A stretch of 64,000 nt of DNA from an uncultured delta proteobacterium (GCA_963803435.1 CAWDML010000009.1:1088001-1152000); one strand, 5' to 3'; positions 1-10,952 are shown, counted from the first letter of the stretch. The notes: a model not told the origin generated them from the letters alone. Made by a program: numbers and translations.

Positions 1-255
1 ATCGACCTGCGCGGCAACGACAAGATGAACAAGAAGATGTACTACAAGTACACCGGCTGGCGCGGCAACATGAAGCGCAAGAACGCCGCCGCCCTCCTGA
101 AGCTGGCGCCGCACAAGGTGCTCGAGCTGGCCGTCGCCGGGATGATCCCGCGGGGCGCGCTCGGGAGCCGGCAGCTCAAGAAGCTGAAGATCTACGCGGG
201 CACCGAGCACCCGCACAAGGCTCAGAAGCCCGAGCCGACCAAGATCGAGTTCTAA
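1..255 (+). CDS. rplM: 50S ribosomal protein L13 (5'-truncated by window edge)
   Basis: C-terminal L13 motifs (KMYYKYTGW..G, AVAGMIP, LKIYAGTEHPHKAQKP); frame is open from position 1; followed by rpsI. Confidence 0.97.
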   Translation: MDLRGNDKMNKKMYYKYTGWRGNMKRKNAAALLKLAPHKVLELAVAGMIPRGALGSRQLKKLKIYAGTEHPHKAQKPEPTKIEF

Positions 256-267
256 AGGAAGTATCGA

Positions 268-660
268 ATGGCCACCGAAGAGTTCGTCGCCACTGGACGC
301 CGCAAGGAAGCTGTCGCGCGCGTCTACCTCCGTCCCGGCAGCGGGAAGATCATCGTCAACAAGCGGGACATCGAGACCTATTTTCCCCGCGAGACGCTCA
401 AGATGGTCATCCGCGCGCCCTTCGAGATCGTCGAGCAGGAGACCAAGTGGGACGTGAAGGTGAACGTCGTCGGTGGCGGCCTCTCCGGCCAGGCCGGCGC
501 CATCCGCCATGCGATCACGCGTGCGCTGGCCCTCGCTGATCCGGACGTCCGGCCGCCGCTCAAGAAGGCGGGCTTCTTCACGCGAGACGCCCGCGCCGTC
601 GAACGCAAGAAGTACGGCAAGCCCGGCGCCCGCAAGCGCTTCCAGTTCTCGAAGCGTTGA
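268..660 (+). CDS. rpsI: 30S ribosomal protein S9
   Basis: [46 protein letters not shown]; AAGGAAG RBS upstream. Confidence 0.99.
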   Translation: MATEEFVATGRRKEAVARVYLRPGSGKIIVNKRDIETYFPRETLKMVIRAPFEIVEQETKWDVKVNVVGGGLSGQAGAIRHAITRALALADPDVRPPLKKAGFFTRDARAVERKKYGKPGARKRFQFSKR

Positions 661-2330
661 TCGGACCGCTCCTTCTCCTCCTCGCCGGCGCGGCGCCCGA
701 ACCGCCCGGCCGTTTCCTCCCCTTCACCCCGCTGCCCCTGGAAGAGCTCTACGCGAAGCGCATGCGCTTCGAGCGGGGAGAGCCGATCATCAGCGTCGGC
801 ATCATGGACTCGCAGTCGCACGTGCGGCTGGCGGCCGACGGTCCCACCCGCCTCATGTTCGACGAGGCGAGCCTCCCGAAGACCGTCTACGCGCCGCCGG
901 AGACGCGCTTCGAGCTGAGGCCGCTGTCGGGCCAGCGGGCGGTCCTCCGCTACTGGGCCGTGGTGGAGACGCGGAAGTACGTCGAGGTCGAGGAGGCCGA
1001 GGCGATCCGCGCGCGCTGGGCAGAGAAGGGCTATCCGGCCAAGGTCTTCGAGACCGGTGCAATCGTCGGGCTCCGCGGGAACGTCCTCGATACCCGCGAG
1101 CGCCGGATCGCGATCGGCAACTTTGCGACCGAGCGGCAGGCCGAGCAGGCGATCAGCCGGCTCTCGCAGAAGGAGGCGGTGCGCCCCTTCATCCACGAGG
1201 ACCTGGTGCGCGCGCCGCGCGGGATCATCGGGATCTATGACGAGCGCGGGCGTCTCCTCCACCGGGCCACCGATTCCGTCTACTTCGGCACGGTCGAGGC
1301 GGGCCAGATCGAGATCCAGGACGTGGAGCACGGACGCGGCTATTCCTCGCACGGCCGGCAGACACGCTCGTACTGGGGACACGTGTACGTGGTGATCGAT
1401 CGGGCCGGGAAGCTCGCCGTGACGAACTCGGTGGGCGCCGAGGTGCTCTTGAAGGGGCTGGTGCCGGCGGAGATCTTCGCGACGGCGCCGCTGGATGCGC
1501 TCAAGGCCCAGGCGGTCACTGCGCGCGGCGAGATCTTCAGCAAGCTCGGACAGCGCCACTTCGGCGAGCCGTTCCACCTCTGCAGCGAGATGCACTGCCA
1601 GGTGTACGCCGGAGCCGGCTTCGAGCGCGAGGCTACCAACCGCGCCGTGGAGGAGACGCGCGGCCTGCTGGCGGTCCGCCCGAGGAAGAAAGACGACGAG
1701 CCGCTGTCGCTCGTGGACTCGGTCTACTCGTCGACCTGCGGCGGCTTTTCGGAGGACAACGACGTGGTCTGGGACAACGCCGCCTCCGAGAGCCTGCGGG
1801 CTCGGCTCGACGGCAACCCGAACGATCCCGCGCTCGCGATGTTCTCCGACGGGATCACCGAGGAGAACGTGCGCACCTGGCTCGAGTCGTACCCGCCGGC
1901 GGAGTGCGCCCGCTCGAGCTTCGTCAACAAGGACAAGTTCCGCTGGAAGAAGCGGTTCGCCGGGGCAGCGCTGTCGCGGATCGTGAACCGGCTGGGGCTG
2001 GGCGCGCTTCAGGACGTGCGGATTCTCGGGCGGGGCCGCGGCGGACGGGTGAAGGGGCTGCGGCTGGTGGGGACCTCGAAGACCCAGGACGTGGTGCGCG
2101 AGCTACCGGTCCGGCGGTTGTTCGACAATCTCTCGAGCGGCATGTTCGTCCTCGATCTCGAGCGGGGTCCCGGCGGGCTGGTGAAGTCGGTCACCTTCGT
2201 CGGTGGCGGTTGGGGACACGGCGTGGGGATGTGCCAGGTAGGCGCGATCGGTCGTGCCGAGCGCGGCCAGGACTTCCGCAAGATCCTGGCGCACTACTAC
2301 AACGGGGCGACCGTCGTGCAGATCTATTAG
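657..2330 (+). CDS. SpoIID/LytB domain protein (peptidoglycan lytic transglycosylase-like), secreted
   Basis: Signal peptide; [52 protein letters not shown] motifs; TTG start overlaps the rpsI stop. Confidence 0.88.
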   Translation: MIGPLLLLLAGAAPEPPGRFLPFTPLPLEELYAKRMRFERGEPIISVGIMDSQSHVRLAADGPTRLMFDEASLPKTVYAPPETRFELRPLSGQRAVLRYWAVVETRKYVEVEEAEAIRARWAEKGYPAKVFETGAIVGLRGNVLDTRERRIAIGNFATERQAEQAISRLSQKEAVRPFIHEDLVRAPRGIIGIYDERGRLLHRATDSVYFGTVEAGQIEIQDVEHGRGYSSHGRQTRSYWGHVYVVIDRAGKLAVTNSVGAEVLLKGLVPAEIFATAPLDALKAQAVTARGEIFSKLGQRHFGEPFHLCSEMHCQVYAGAGFEREATNRAVEETRGLLAVRPRKKDDEPLSLVDSVYSSTCGGFSEDNDVVWDNAASESLRARLDGNPNDPALAMFSDGITEENVRTWLESYPPAECARSSFVNKDKFRWKKRFAGAALSRIVNRLGLGALQDVRILGRGRGGRVKGLRLVGTSKTQDVVRELPVRRLFDNLSSGMFVLDLERGPGGLVKSVTFVGGGWGHGVGMCQVGAIGRAERGQDFRKILAHYYNGATVVQIY

Positions 2331-2339
2331 GATGGAGAC

Positions 2340-3377
2340 GTGGTCTTGGATCCACAGGATCCGATGATCGGGACCGTCGTCGGAGATCGGTACCGGCTCG
2401 AGCAGCGCATCGGCAAGGGCGGGATGGCGGTCGTCTACCGGGCCACGCAGCAGAGCGTCGATCGTCCGGTCGCGGTCAAGATCCTGAACACCGAGGTCAC
2501 CGGCAACGAGCAGGTGGTGTCCCGGTTCGAGCGGGAAGCGCGGGTCATCGCCCGGCTCCGGCACCCCAACACCATCAAGCTTCTGGACGTGGGCCGGACC
2601 GAGGACGACCGACTGTTCATCATCACCGAGCTCCTCGAAGGCGCGCCGCTCCATCGGCTCATGCGACGCGGCGAGATGACGGTGATGCGGGCGATCCGGA
2701 TCATGGGACAGGTCGCCGAGTCGCTCGCGGAGGCGCACACTGCCGGGATCGTGCACCGGGACCTGAAGCCGGCGAACCTGTTCGTCGACCGCGTCGGCCG
2801 CCAGGACGTCGCCAAGGTCCTCGACTTCGGGATCGCGAAGCTGATGGACGGCCCCCGCTGGACCGCGATCGGTGCGGTCTTCGGGACGCCCGCGTACATG
2901 TCGCCCGAGCAGGCGCAGGGGCTCCCGGTGGACGCGACCAGCGACATCTACAGCATGGGCGTGATCCTCTACGAATGCCTCTCGGGCGAGCTCCCCTTCA
3001 GCGGGACCAAGTCGCCCGTCATCATCGCCCAGCACATCAACGATCCTCCCAAGCCGCTCTCGTCGCTCCCCAACCCGCTCCGGCTTCCGGTCGATCTCGA
3101 GCAGCTCACGATGCAGATGCTGGAGAAGAAGCGAGAGCTGCGGCCGGCCAGCATGGACGAGGTCAGGGCACGCCTGCGCCGGATTGAGGTCTCGACGGAG
3201 AGCGAGGCGGCGTTCGCCGACCAGGCGCCCACCCGCTACATCACGATGCCGCCGCCGATGGTGGAGACCGTTCCGCCGCCCACGTTGCCGCCGTCGCGGA
3301 GCCCGCTGGTGGCCGCGGCGCTCCTCGGGCTGCTGTTCGGCGGTGCGATGGTGGTGGCGGTGCTCCTGATGCGCTGA
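2340..3377 (+). CDS. Hanks-type Ser/Thr protein kinase with C-terminal TM helix
   Basis: IGKGGMAVVY, VAVK, HRDLKPAN, DFG, GTPAYMSPEQ; hydrophobic C-terminus. Confidence 0.95.
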   Translation: MVLDPQDPMIGTVVGDRYRLEQRIGKGGMAVVYRATQQSVDRPVAVKILNTEVTGNEQVVSRFEREARVIARLRHPNTIKLLDVGRTEDDRLFIITELLEGAPLHRLMRRGEMTVMRAIRIMGQVAESLAEAHTAGIVHRDLKPANLFVDRVGRQDVAKVLDFGIAKLMDGPRWTAIGAVFGTPAYMSPEQAQGLPVDATSDIYSMGVILYECLSGELPFSGTKSPVIIAQHINDPPKPLSSLPNPLRLPVDLEQLTMQMLEKKRELRPASMDEVRARLRRIEVSTESEAAFADQAPTRYITMPPPMVETVPPPTLPPSRSPLVAAALLGLLFGGAMVVAVLLMR

Positions 3378-3393
3378 CGCGCGGCGGTCGAGC

Positions 3394-6208
3394 TCACTCG
3401 GCCTTTCGCAGCAGGAGCAGCACGTCCTTCTTTCTCCCTGGCTCGATGGTCTCCGCCTTGTCCTCCCAACCCGGGGCGCGGGCCACCACGTGCACCGGCT
3501 GATCCGTCACCTCCACCACGCCGCCGTTCTCGAGCTCGTAATCCTCATCCACCACGATGATCGCCTCCTCCGGGAGGGCCCGAACGCGGACGCGTGTGAT
3601 TGCAGGCTCGACCGGGGGCGGCTCAACGGCGGGCGGCTCGACGGCGGGCGGCTCGACGGGCGGCGCGACCGGCGGCGGCGGTGGCGGCGGAGGCCGCGGA
3701 GGGTGCGGGCGTACGGGGACGCGGACCGGCGCGGAGTCTGGGAGGCCTGCGTCGATCGGCCCGGGGGCAACGGTTTCGATGGGCTCGCCGGCGTCGAGGC
3801 CATTGACGGGCTCGATGAGCCGATCGGGCCCCGGCGGCGGAGGTGGACGGGCGCCGCTCAGGGTCGCCTCCGGCTGCCGGGCGTCGAGGGGCGCGACGGT
3901 CGCAGGCTCTTCGCCGCTCAGATAGACCAGCGCGGCTGCGACCACCACCGCGGGGAGCGCCGCGAAGATCCCGACCAGGCTCCAACGGCGCCGCCGCGAG
4001 CGGGCCAGCTCGTCGTCGGAGATGGGGATGACCAGGTCGCCGAGCGAGGAGTCCTCGTTGATGGGGTCGCCGACCCGGGCCGCCACCACGGGTGCCGGGC
4101 GCATCGGAGCCGGCGGGGGCGGCGGCGGCGGCTCGATCGGCGGAGCGTGTCCCTCGAAGGGCGCGTCGTTCGAGAAGAGCGGAGCCGGCTCGGCCAGCGG
4201 GATCATCGGCTCCATGTCCGCGTCGGCGTTCTGTTCGATCCGGTCGCGAATGATGTGCGTCGGAATGTCGGCCTGCCGAGGTTTGACCTCCCGCGAGCGG
4301 ACGACCTCGGTGTCGTCGCGCGATCGCGCGTCCTCGGTGTGCGGCGGGGGCGTCGCCACCACGCTGGCGAGCAAGTGATCGACCACGCCCCGACCGAGGA
4401 GGCTCTCGGCGTCCTGGTCCTGGATGGTGTCTTCTCCTGGCAGATCGGGGCCCGGGTCCAAGAGGTCGGCGGTCAGGACCTCGGAGAAGGCGCGATCCAC
4501 CGTCTGCTCCGGATCGAGGACCAGGTCCGCGGAGAGATCGCGGGCCGAGATCGGCGTGGGCTGGGCCGGCGGCGGGAGCGGGAGCAGGGTCGATTCGATG
4601 AGATCGAGATCGGGCCGATCGGTCCATCGCTCCGGATCGCCGCCGACCTCGAGATCGGCGGCGCCCCGGAACACGGGTCTTGGCTCGTAGGTCGGCGGCC
4701 CGAGGGCGTCGAGCGCCCGTGGATCCGCGAGGCCGACGGCGAACGGATCCGTGGAGGATTCGAGCTCGTCGAGCGTGGTCCGCGCGGACTCGTCGACGGG
4801 GGCCGAGAGCGGCAGCAGCTCCTGGATCGGTATCGGCCCGGTCGATCCGTCGCGTGATCTCGGTCGGAAGATCCGGGAGCATCTCGAGCGGACGCACGCT
4901 CTTTCGCTTCTTGAGGGGCTCGGTGTCGCGCTGGAGCAGGTTCTCGAGCGCCTCGTCCACGGTGACGTCCCGATCGGGGGGCGGCGCCTCCGCGGGCGGC
5001 TCGACCGGCCGCCTCGGCGAGGGGAGGTCCGGGACCGTGCCCGAGCGGGCCGCCACCAGGGCGCGCGCCTCCACCTCGAGCGCCTCGATCTGCCGCTTCA
5101 CCGCCTCGAACGCGGGGTCGTCGAGGTTGAGCGAGCGGTGTGGTGGCGGCGGGCTCTTGGCGGCGATCTTCGTCTTGGCGCGGGAGGCCGGGCGCATGCG
5201 CGCCATCGTCGGCTCCTCGCGGACGGGCTCACCCGCGCGGTCGCCGACCAGCTCGCGCCACGCGGCGTGCCGGAGCTGGTAGCGCGCTCGCAGCCAGCTG
5301 CCGATGTGGTCGGCTCCGACCTCGGTGCGCGTGGTGGCGACCAGCCGGAGCGCGTCCCGGGCGGCCCCCCCGTCGGCGAAGCGTCCCGCCGGCGCGGGGC
5401 GCAGGAGCTTGCGCAAGACGAGCTGCATCTCGATGGGATAGCCGTCGCCGACGACGTCGCGCGGGCGGGGCACCTGTCCCTCGGTGATGCGGGCATCGGC
5501 GTCGTGCAGGGTGGGCTCGTCGAACAGGCGGTGCGCCGTGGTCATCTCGAACAGCAGCACGCCCAGCGCGAAGACGTCCGACTGTGGACCGAGCGGCTCC
5601 GAGCGCACGTGCTCGGGAGAGCGATACGCCATGCGACCGGGCGCCTGGGCGCGCTCGCGGTACGCGTCTCCTGCGGGATCGATCAAACGGATCGAACCGT
5701 CGTAGCCAATGATCACGTGATGCGGGACCAGGTCGCCGTGCACCTGGCCGGAGAGCAGGATGAGTTGACGCGCGATCCCCATGCCGATCGCGAGCGCGAG
5801 GTCGTGATTGATCGGCTTCTTGGAACTGACCACGTCCTCGAGGATGGTCGCGAGGCTCTCGCCGATGACCAGCGGACCGGTCGCCAGCGTCGCCAGCCCC
5901 ACGCGTGTGAGCGGCTGGGAGGGGACGCCGACGATTAGGCCCTTCGCGTTCATAAGCTCGGCTTGAAAGACCTCCGCATCGATGTGCGAGTGGAGCTCGC
6001 GGACGATCATCGGGTCCGACGATCCGCGCTGGCCGATGTACGCGGTCGTCCTCCGTCCGACGCCGATCCGGGCCGTGAGAGTGAACGGCCCGATCTCACG
6101 GGTTCTTGCGAGCCGTTCGGGCGGCCCGGCCGCGCCAGGGACGGTCATCGACCGCGCCAAGGATAGCTTGGACAACGACGTGACGTGAGCTGCGATCCCG
6201 GGCATCAT
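3394..6208 (-). CDS. Membrane-anchored pseudokinase with Pro/acidic linker, TM helix and C-terminal PEGA-like domain (one frameshift near 4850; start uncertain)
   Basis: ORF 3623..6214 carries a kinase fold (HGDLVPHH, AYRSPE, SDVFALGVLLFEM); near 4850 the reading switches to the frame of ORF 3394..4674 (DGSTGPIPIQELL...), which has a TM and VRVRALPEEAIIVVD..ARAPGW. Confidence 0.75.
3605..3665 (-). repeat. Coding 15-bp tandem repeat (VEPPA x ~4)
   Basis: ggcggctcgacggcg-type units encoding VEPPAVEPPAVEPPPVEPA. Confidence 0.7.
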
Positions 6209-6249
6209 GCGCAAAGCAGCCGTTCGTGAGGGCTGACCCTGATCGGGCG

Positions 6250-6813
6250 ATGGACAAGCAGTGGCTGACGAACATGTTCACGGAGGCAGGCCTGGAGCCG
6301 GATCAGGCGCAGAAGGCCGCCGACGAGACTACCTTGAGGTTGCTTCAGCGAGAGCGACCTACCCGTGTCGAGCGCCGGCACCGCTCGATTCTCGACAATC
6401 TGGTCCGTGATCCGTTGATCAGTCTCAACCGGATCGTGGGTCGCGGTGACACCGGGCTGCCGTTCGTCGACGACGCCCTCGGCAAGCTCTCGGCCGCCGC
6501 CTTCTCGGACGTGCTGAGCGAGTCCGGGCTCGATCCGGTGGTGAGCATGGCCTTCGCGAAGGTGATCGAGGAGGCCTACACCCCGCACGACCTCTACCAG
6601 CCGGTCTGGGACGCGCTCGGCCACGAGGGCGCGGTCGATCTGGAGACGCTCCGGCGCGAGGACTGGACGCCGCTCCGCGCACAGTTCCCCGAGCTGATGA
6701 GCCTTCCGCTGGAGGATCGACCGACCGAACAGGTCCGCGCGGTGAAGCCGAGAGCGCGCCCGCCCGCGGGTGGGAAGATCATTCGCGGGACGGTGCCGAA
6801 GAAGAAGACGTGA
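6250..6813 (+). CDS. Hypothetical protein
   Basis: Non-shadow ORF filling the gap between flanking genes; likely start MDKQW; no family recognised. Confidence 0.7.
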   Translation: MDKQWLTNMFTEAGLEPDQAQKAADETTLRLLQRERPTRVERRHRSILDNLVRDPLISLNRIVGRGDTGLPFVDDALGKLSAAAFSDVLSESGLDPVVSMAFAKVIEEAYTPHDLYQPVWDALGHEGAVDLETLRREDWTPLRAQFPELMSLPLEDRPTEQVRAVKPRARPPAGGKIIRGTVPKKKT

Positions 6814-7434
6814 TCAGAGGCTGACGGCGTAGAGCTCGACGACCAGCGCTTCGTTGATCGCGAGCGGGCAGTCGCCGTGCTCGGGCACCTGCTTGACGGT
6901 GCCGGAGAGGACGTTGTCGTCGCGATCGAGGTACGAGGGGATCGGCAGCAGTACGGGTCCCGCGATCTCCTCGGCGACGCGCGCCTTGTGCTTGCTGCTC
7001 GGCCGCACCTGGATGACGTCGCCCGGGCGACACAGATACGACGGCACGTCGCAGCGCTCGCCGTTCACGTTGATGTGTCCGTGGTTCACCATCTGACGCG
7101 CGGAGCGGATCGTCCGGGTGAAGCCGAGCCGGAACACGACGTTGTCGAGGCGGCTCTCCAGGAGGGCCAGCAGGCTCTCGCCGGTGTTGCCCTTCTGGCG
7201 CTTGGCCATGACCATGTAGCGGCGCATCTGGCGCTCGCCCACGCCGTAGTGCGCGCGCAGCTTCTGCTTCTCTCGGAGGCGGATCGCGAAGTCGGAGAGC
7301 TTGATCCGCTGCGTGGGGCCGTGTTGGCCGGGCGGATAGGGGCGACGAAGCTCTCTGGGAACGACGAGGCCGGGAAGCTCGCACCCGCCGAGACGGCGGG
7401 CGATCCGCAGACGAGGACCGATATACCGAGACAT
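6814..7434 (-). CDS. rpsD: 30S ribosomal protein S4, stand-alone copy
   Basis: MSRYIGPRLRIARRLG, PPGQHG, EKQKLRAHYG, LESRLDNVVFRLG, ARQMVNHGHI; AAGAGGGA RBS before ATG at 7434. Confidence 0.95.
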   Translation of the reverse strand: MSRYIGPRLRIARRLGGCELPGLVVPRELRRPYPPGQHGPTQRIKLSDFAIRLREKQKLRAHYGVGERQMRRYMVMAKRQKGNTGESLLALLESRLDNVVFRLGFTRTIRSARQMVNHGHINVNGERCDVPSYLCRPGDVIQVRPSSKHKARVAEEIAGPVLLPIPSYLDRDDNVLSGTVKQVPEHGDCPLAINEALVVELYAVSL

Positions 7435-7474
7435 ATGGGCTGTCCCTCTTAGGCGACCCCAGCCGAGGATGCAA

Positions 7475-9438
7475 TCAAAAAGAGGGGTCGTCCCGCTCGA
7501 TCTTGGCCAGCGCCGCCCGCACGTAGGCATGGCGCTCGAGGAGGTCGATCGCGCCCAGGAGCGCGTCCCGATCAGGGAGATCCGCCCGCTCGGCCTGGGC
7601 CCGGAGGGCCGCCAGGGTGCGGTGGAAGGCCGTCGGGCGCGCCGCGGCTGCGTCGTTCCTCTTGGCGCGGGCCTCGGCCAGATCCGTGGGCGAGGGGGCG
7701 CGCAGGTTGACCATCGAGTGGGAGGCGAGCGGCAGCGCCTCGCCGTCCGGCTGCAGATCCGGGGTCTCGGCGGCCGAGAACTCGGGGTGGCTGTCGAGGA
7801 CCGGCCGTTCGTCGCCCCAGCGGACGAGGTCGTCCCTCAGCGGCTCCACGAAGAGATCGTGCCGGGAGACCATCAGCGTGGTGGCGCCCTCCTCGTCCCG
7901 CGTGCGGCTGCCGAGGTCCGGGATCTCGGGGACCTCGACCTCCGGGATCACCGGCGGATTCACCAGGAGGACGTCGTCGTTCGTGGCGCCGTCCCAGTCG
8001 GCGAAGACCGGGACCTCCATGTTGATCGGTTCGTAGTCCGGCGGAACCATCGCCGGCGGCTCGGCCAACGTCCGCTCGTCAGGATCGATCGGGCTGGGCG
8101 CGGGGGGCTCGTAGAGCGGATCCGGCTGGAGGATCCCGATCGGCTCGAGCGCTTCGGGCTCGACCTCCTGGGGAAGGTCGCCGGTCTTGGGCACCACCAG
8201 ATCGGGCACGAGCTCCTCGAGCCGGATCTGATCGCCGCTGCCGACCGTCTCCTCGTCGCTTCGATCCGACGGCGGAGGGAAGAGGCCCGGACGGCTGCGG
8301 CTCGGCGGCGTGGGCTCGTCTTGAAACAGGTCGTCGCCGGCGCTGGAGGCCGCGACGAAGAGGTGCGCGTCGGGATCGGGGCGCTCGGGTGCGAACAGAT
8401 CGCCGGAGGGCTCGCTCGCGGGGAGCGGGCGGTAGAGCTCCGGCTTCGGTGTGGGCTCCTCGGCGAAGAGGTCGTCGCCGGGCGGCGGCGGTACCGGCTC
8501 GAACGTCTGGAGCCCGCGGCTCGGTGCGCGCGGCGTCGGCGCTCGAGGCTGCGGCTCGGGCCGGCCCTTGACCACCTTGATCGACGACGGCGGCGGCATC
8601 TCCTGGACGCGCGGCTCCGGCGGGGGCGCGCGCTGCGGGATGACGTTGGGTCCGAGATCGGCGGTGGTGTCGGTGTCGTCGGACGGCGGCGCAGGCGCGT
8701 CCGTGGGCTCCGGCAGGACGCCCTCGGGGCTCTGAAGATCAGCATCGTCCGGCCGATCACGAGCTCGTCGTCGTGCTCGAGCACGGCCTGATCCGTGTAC
8801 TCGCCGTTGAGCAGCGTCCCGTTCGCCGACCCGAGGTCCACCATCACGTAGCGGCCGTTCTCCCAGCGCAGCTCGGCGTGGCGCTTGGACGCGCGCTGAT
8901 CGTTGACGAGGATGTCGTTGCCGGGCGAGCGGCCCACCGTGCAGACGCGGCCGAGCGGGAGGACGTACTCCTTCCCCTCCGGATCGATGTGGGTGATCTG
9001 GGGCCTGGGCGGCCGCTTCGACTTCGGTGGGTCGGGCTCGGCGGTCGGCGGCGGCTGGCTGGTGGCGAAGTCGCGGATCTCCTTCGCCAGCATGCCGATG
9101 TCGATGTCTTCGATGATCGCCTGCGCACCTTTGTCCGTGAGGTAGGCGATGTCGGGGCCGAACGTGTTGATGAGCCCGCGGCTGGTCAGGTACTCGAGCG
9201 CCGGATCCGACCTGTCTCGAGCAAGCTCCAGATCTTGCAGCGTGAAGTACACGTCGAGCTGGCGGTTGGTACGACCCTCGGCGTCCCGGAAGAATCGCTC
9301 GAGGAGGTCGCGGGCGACCTTGATGTTGCTCTTGGTGGCCAAGTGGACCACACCATAAAGTCGATCGCGCTCCGTTTGAAGATCGAAGAAAAAATCATGT
9401 TTTTCGCTATGTTGCGAATACCCGCTGGCGACCGCCAT
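7475..9438 (-). CDS. FHA-domain protein with long Pro/Glu/Asp-rich C-terminal region (frameshift at 8726-8729)
   Basis: GRSPGNDI..ASKRHA..DLGSANGTLLNG FHA motifs; adding one C to a C4 run joins ORF 7960..9438 to the frame of ORF 7475..8599 (IFRAP-EGVLPEPTD). Confidence 0.8.
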
Positions 9439-9460
9439 AATCGACGTTCGGGGGGTAACG

Positions 9461-9997
9461 ATGATCGATGTTTTGAATAGCGAGTTCGCCGAGGCCTACA
9501 ACGACGCGCCCAGCACGTCGACCGAGAGCATCACGGACGATCTTCTGACTGAGAATCTCGACCGATTGAAAGTAAAAAAACCGGTCTGCGTCTCACCGAC
9601 GGCGAACGTCGAGGAGGTGATCATCGGTATGGGGGAGCGCAACCATGGTTGCGTGCTGGTGAAGGAAGGGGAGCAGCTGGTCGGCATCTTCACCGAGCGC
9701 GACGTCGTCCGTCGCGTCGTCGGGAAGGTCGATCTCAAGACCACGACCGTCGCGCAGGTCATGACGCCGGATCCGGAGGCCGTCATGTTCCACGACACCC
9801 TGGCGCACGCGCTCAACAAGATGACGGTCGGCGGCTTCCGCCACGTCCCGCTGGTCGACAATCAGCATCGCCCGGTCGGCGTGGTCTCGGTGAAAGACAT
9901 CATCAATCTGATCGTCGAGCACTTCCCGCGGAGCGTGCTCAACGTGGCGCCCGATCCGGTCGTGCGCAATCCGGATCAGATCGGCGGCGCCGGCTAG
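9461..9997 (+). CDS. CBS domain pair protein
   Basis: LVGIFTERDV, VAQVMTPDP, GFRHVPLVD, GVVSVKDI. Confidence 0.92.
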   Translation: MIDVLNSEFAEAYNDAPSTSTESITDDLLTENLDRLKVKKPVCVSPTANVEEVIIGMGERNHGCVLVKEGEQLVGIFTERDVVRRVVGKVDLKTTTVAQVMTPDPEAVMFHDTLAHALNKMTVGGFRHVPLVDNQHRPVGVVSVKDIINLIVEHFPRSVLNVAPDPVVRNPDQIGGAG

Positions 9998-10063
9998 AAG
10001 CGTGTAGCGCGTAGCGCTACCGCGAGCCCGGTCCGGGTCCCGGTCCCGGTCCCGGTCCCGGTC
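9994..10063 (+). repeat. Left inverted repeat including a CCCGGT microsatellite
   Basis: CTAGAAGCGTGTAGCGCGTAGCGCTACCGCGAGCCCGGTCCGGGT(CCCGGT)4C matches the reverse complement of 10953-11023 with about 6 mismatches and 1 gap. Confidence 0.9.
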
Positions 10064-10067
10064 GCGA

Positions 10068-10436
10068 TCATGCAGCCCGGCGTGCGTTCATCGACTTGAT
10101 GAGGCGCGTGAGCCTCTCGACAACGCGCTTGAGCTTGGCTCTGGCGGCTTGGACCTTCTGCTCGTTGGGGAGTCGGCGCCTCGAGCAGGTGTGGAGTGAG
10201 GCGGCGCTTTCGGTGCCAGAGCGAAGTGCCATCCGGTAGAAGCGAGCCTTCTCAGGTGGATTGAACTCTCCGGCGCCCTCGGCGGTGTTGTTCACGATGG
10301 AATCGGATGCCCGCCGAAGCTGATCGCGGACGTGAGCGTGACCGGGTTGCAGTTCTTGTGCGATCTCTTCAGCGATGTCGGCCTACTCGACGGCGAGCTG
10401 GTAGACCTCGAGCTTCTCGTGATCGAAAGTGACCAT
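10068..10436 (-). pseudogene. Four-helix-bundle protein (23S rRNA IVS protein / TIGR02436-like) with in-frame TAG at codon 18
   Basis: MVTFDHEKLEVYQLAVE*ADIAEE...DQLRRASDSIVNNTAEG...EKARFYRMALRSGTE; TAG at 10383-10385. Confidence 0.85.
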
Positions 10437-10555
10437 GCAAGCTAGCTTGCGGTAGCTCGTCCACTTTGACCAGCAGAAGTTCTTGGAGGTCGTTTCGTCT
10501 GGAATCGATCGTTGGGCGGATCGACTTCGACGCCTGGACTTGATCCCATGGTTTC

Positions 10556-10933
10556 GTGGCGCAGCAAGACCGTTCTTGGACTCCGAGACAATCGTTCTAG
10601 CTCCCGCCGTCCCCTCTCGAGTGGCTCCCAGAAAATCATCTCGCGTACTTCGTCTTGGACGTCGTCGATGAGGTAGAGCTGAGCGCGATCGACACCTCGC
10701 TCGCTCGCAAGCGAATGCGAGACAAGTTGCAAACGCGCGACGGCAAGGCGGTCTACCCCCGCAGGAAGAGTATCGTCGAACCGGCGCTCGGACAGATTAA
10801 AGCGGCACGAGGATTCCGCCGGTTCTTGCTACGCTCCTTCTTCAAGGTACGAGCCGAGGGGACGCTCGTCTGCCTCACCCACAACCTGCTCAAGCTCTAC
10901 CGATCGAAGCTCGCGACCGTCGCGAGCGTCTGA
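10556..10933 (+). pseudogene. IS1182-family transposase remnant: N- and C-terminal ends fused in frame, core deleted
   Basis: N-terminal WTPRQSF*LPPSPLEWLPENHLAYFVLDVVDEVELSAI (TAG at 10598-10600) runs directly into C-terminal RMRDKLQTRDGKAVYPRRKSIVEPALGQIKAARGFRRFLLRS..KVRAE..LVCLTHNLLKL. Confidence 0.85.
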
Positions 10934-10952
10934 CTCAAGGCAGCCATCTTCA

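Noticed and set aside
10026-10063. CRISPR array
   Set aside because: 6-bp microsatellite without spacers, no cas genes; it is part of the inverted repeat.
10068-10436. Diversity-generating retroelement (Avd-like four-helix bundle)
   Set aside because: No reverse transcriptase and no template/variable repeat pair seen in the window; the IS context explains the gene better.
10383-10600. Amber recoding of the two in-frame TAG codons in the element
   Set aside because: TAG is a normal stop in several genes here (lysS, CBS gene, E2), no pyl genes are seen, and the transposase is also internally deleted, so decay is simpler.
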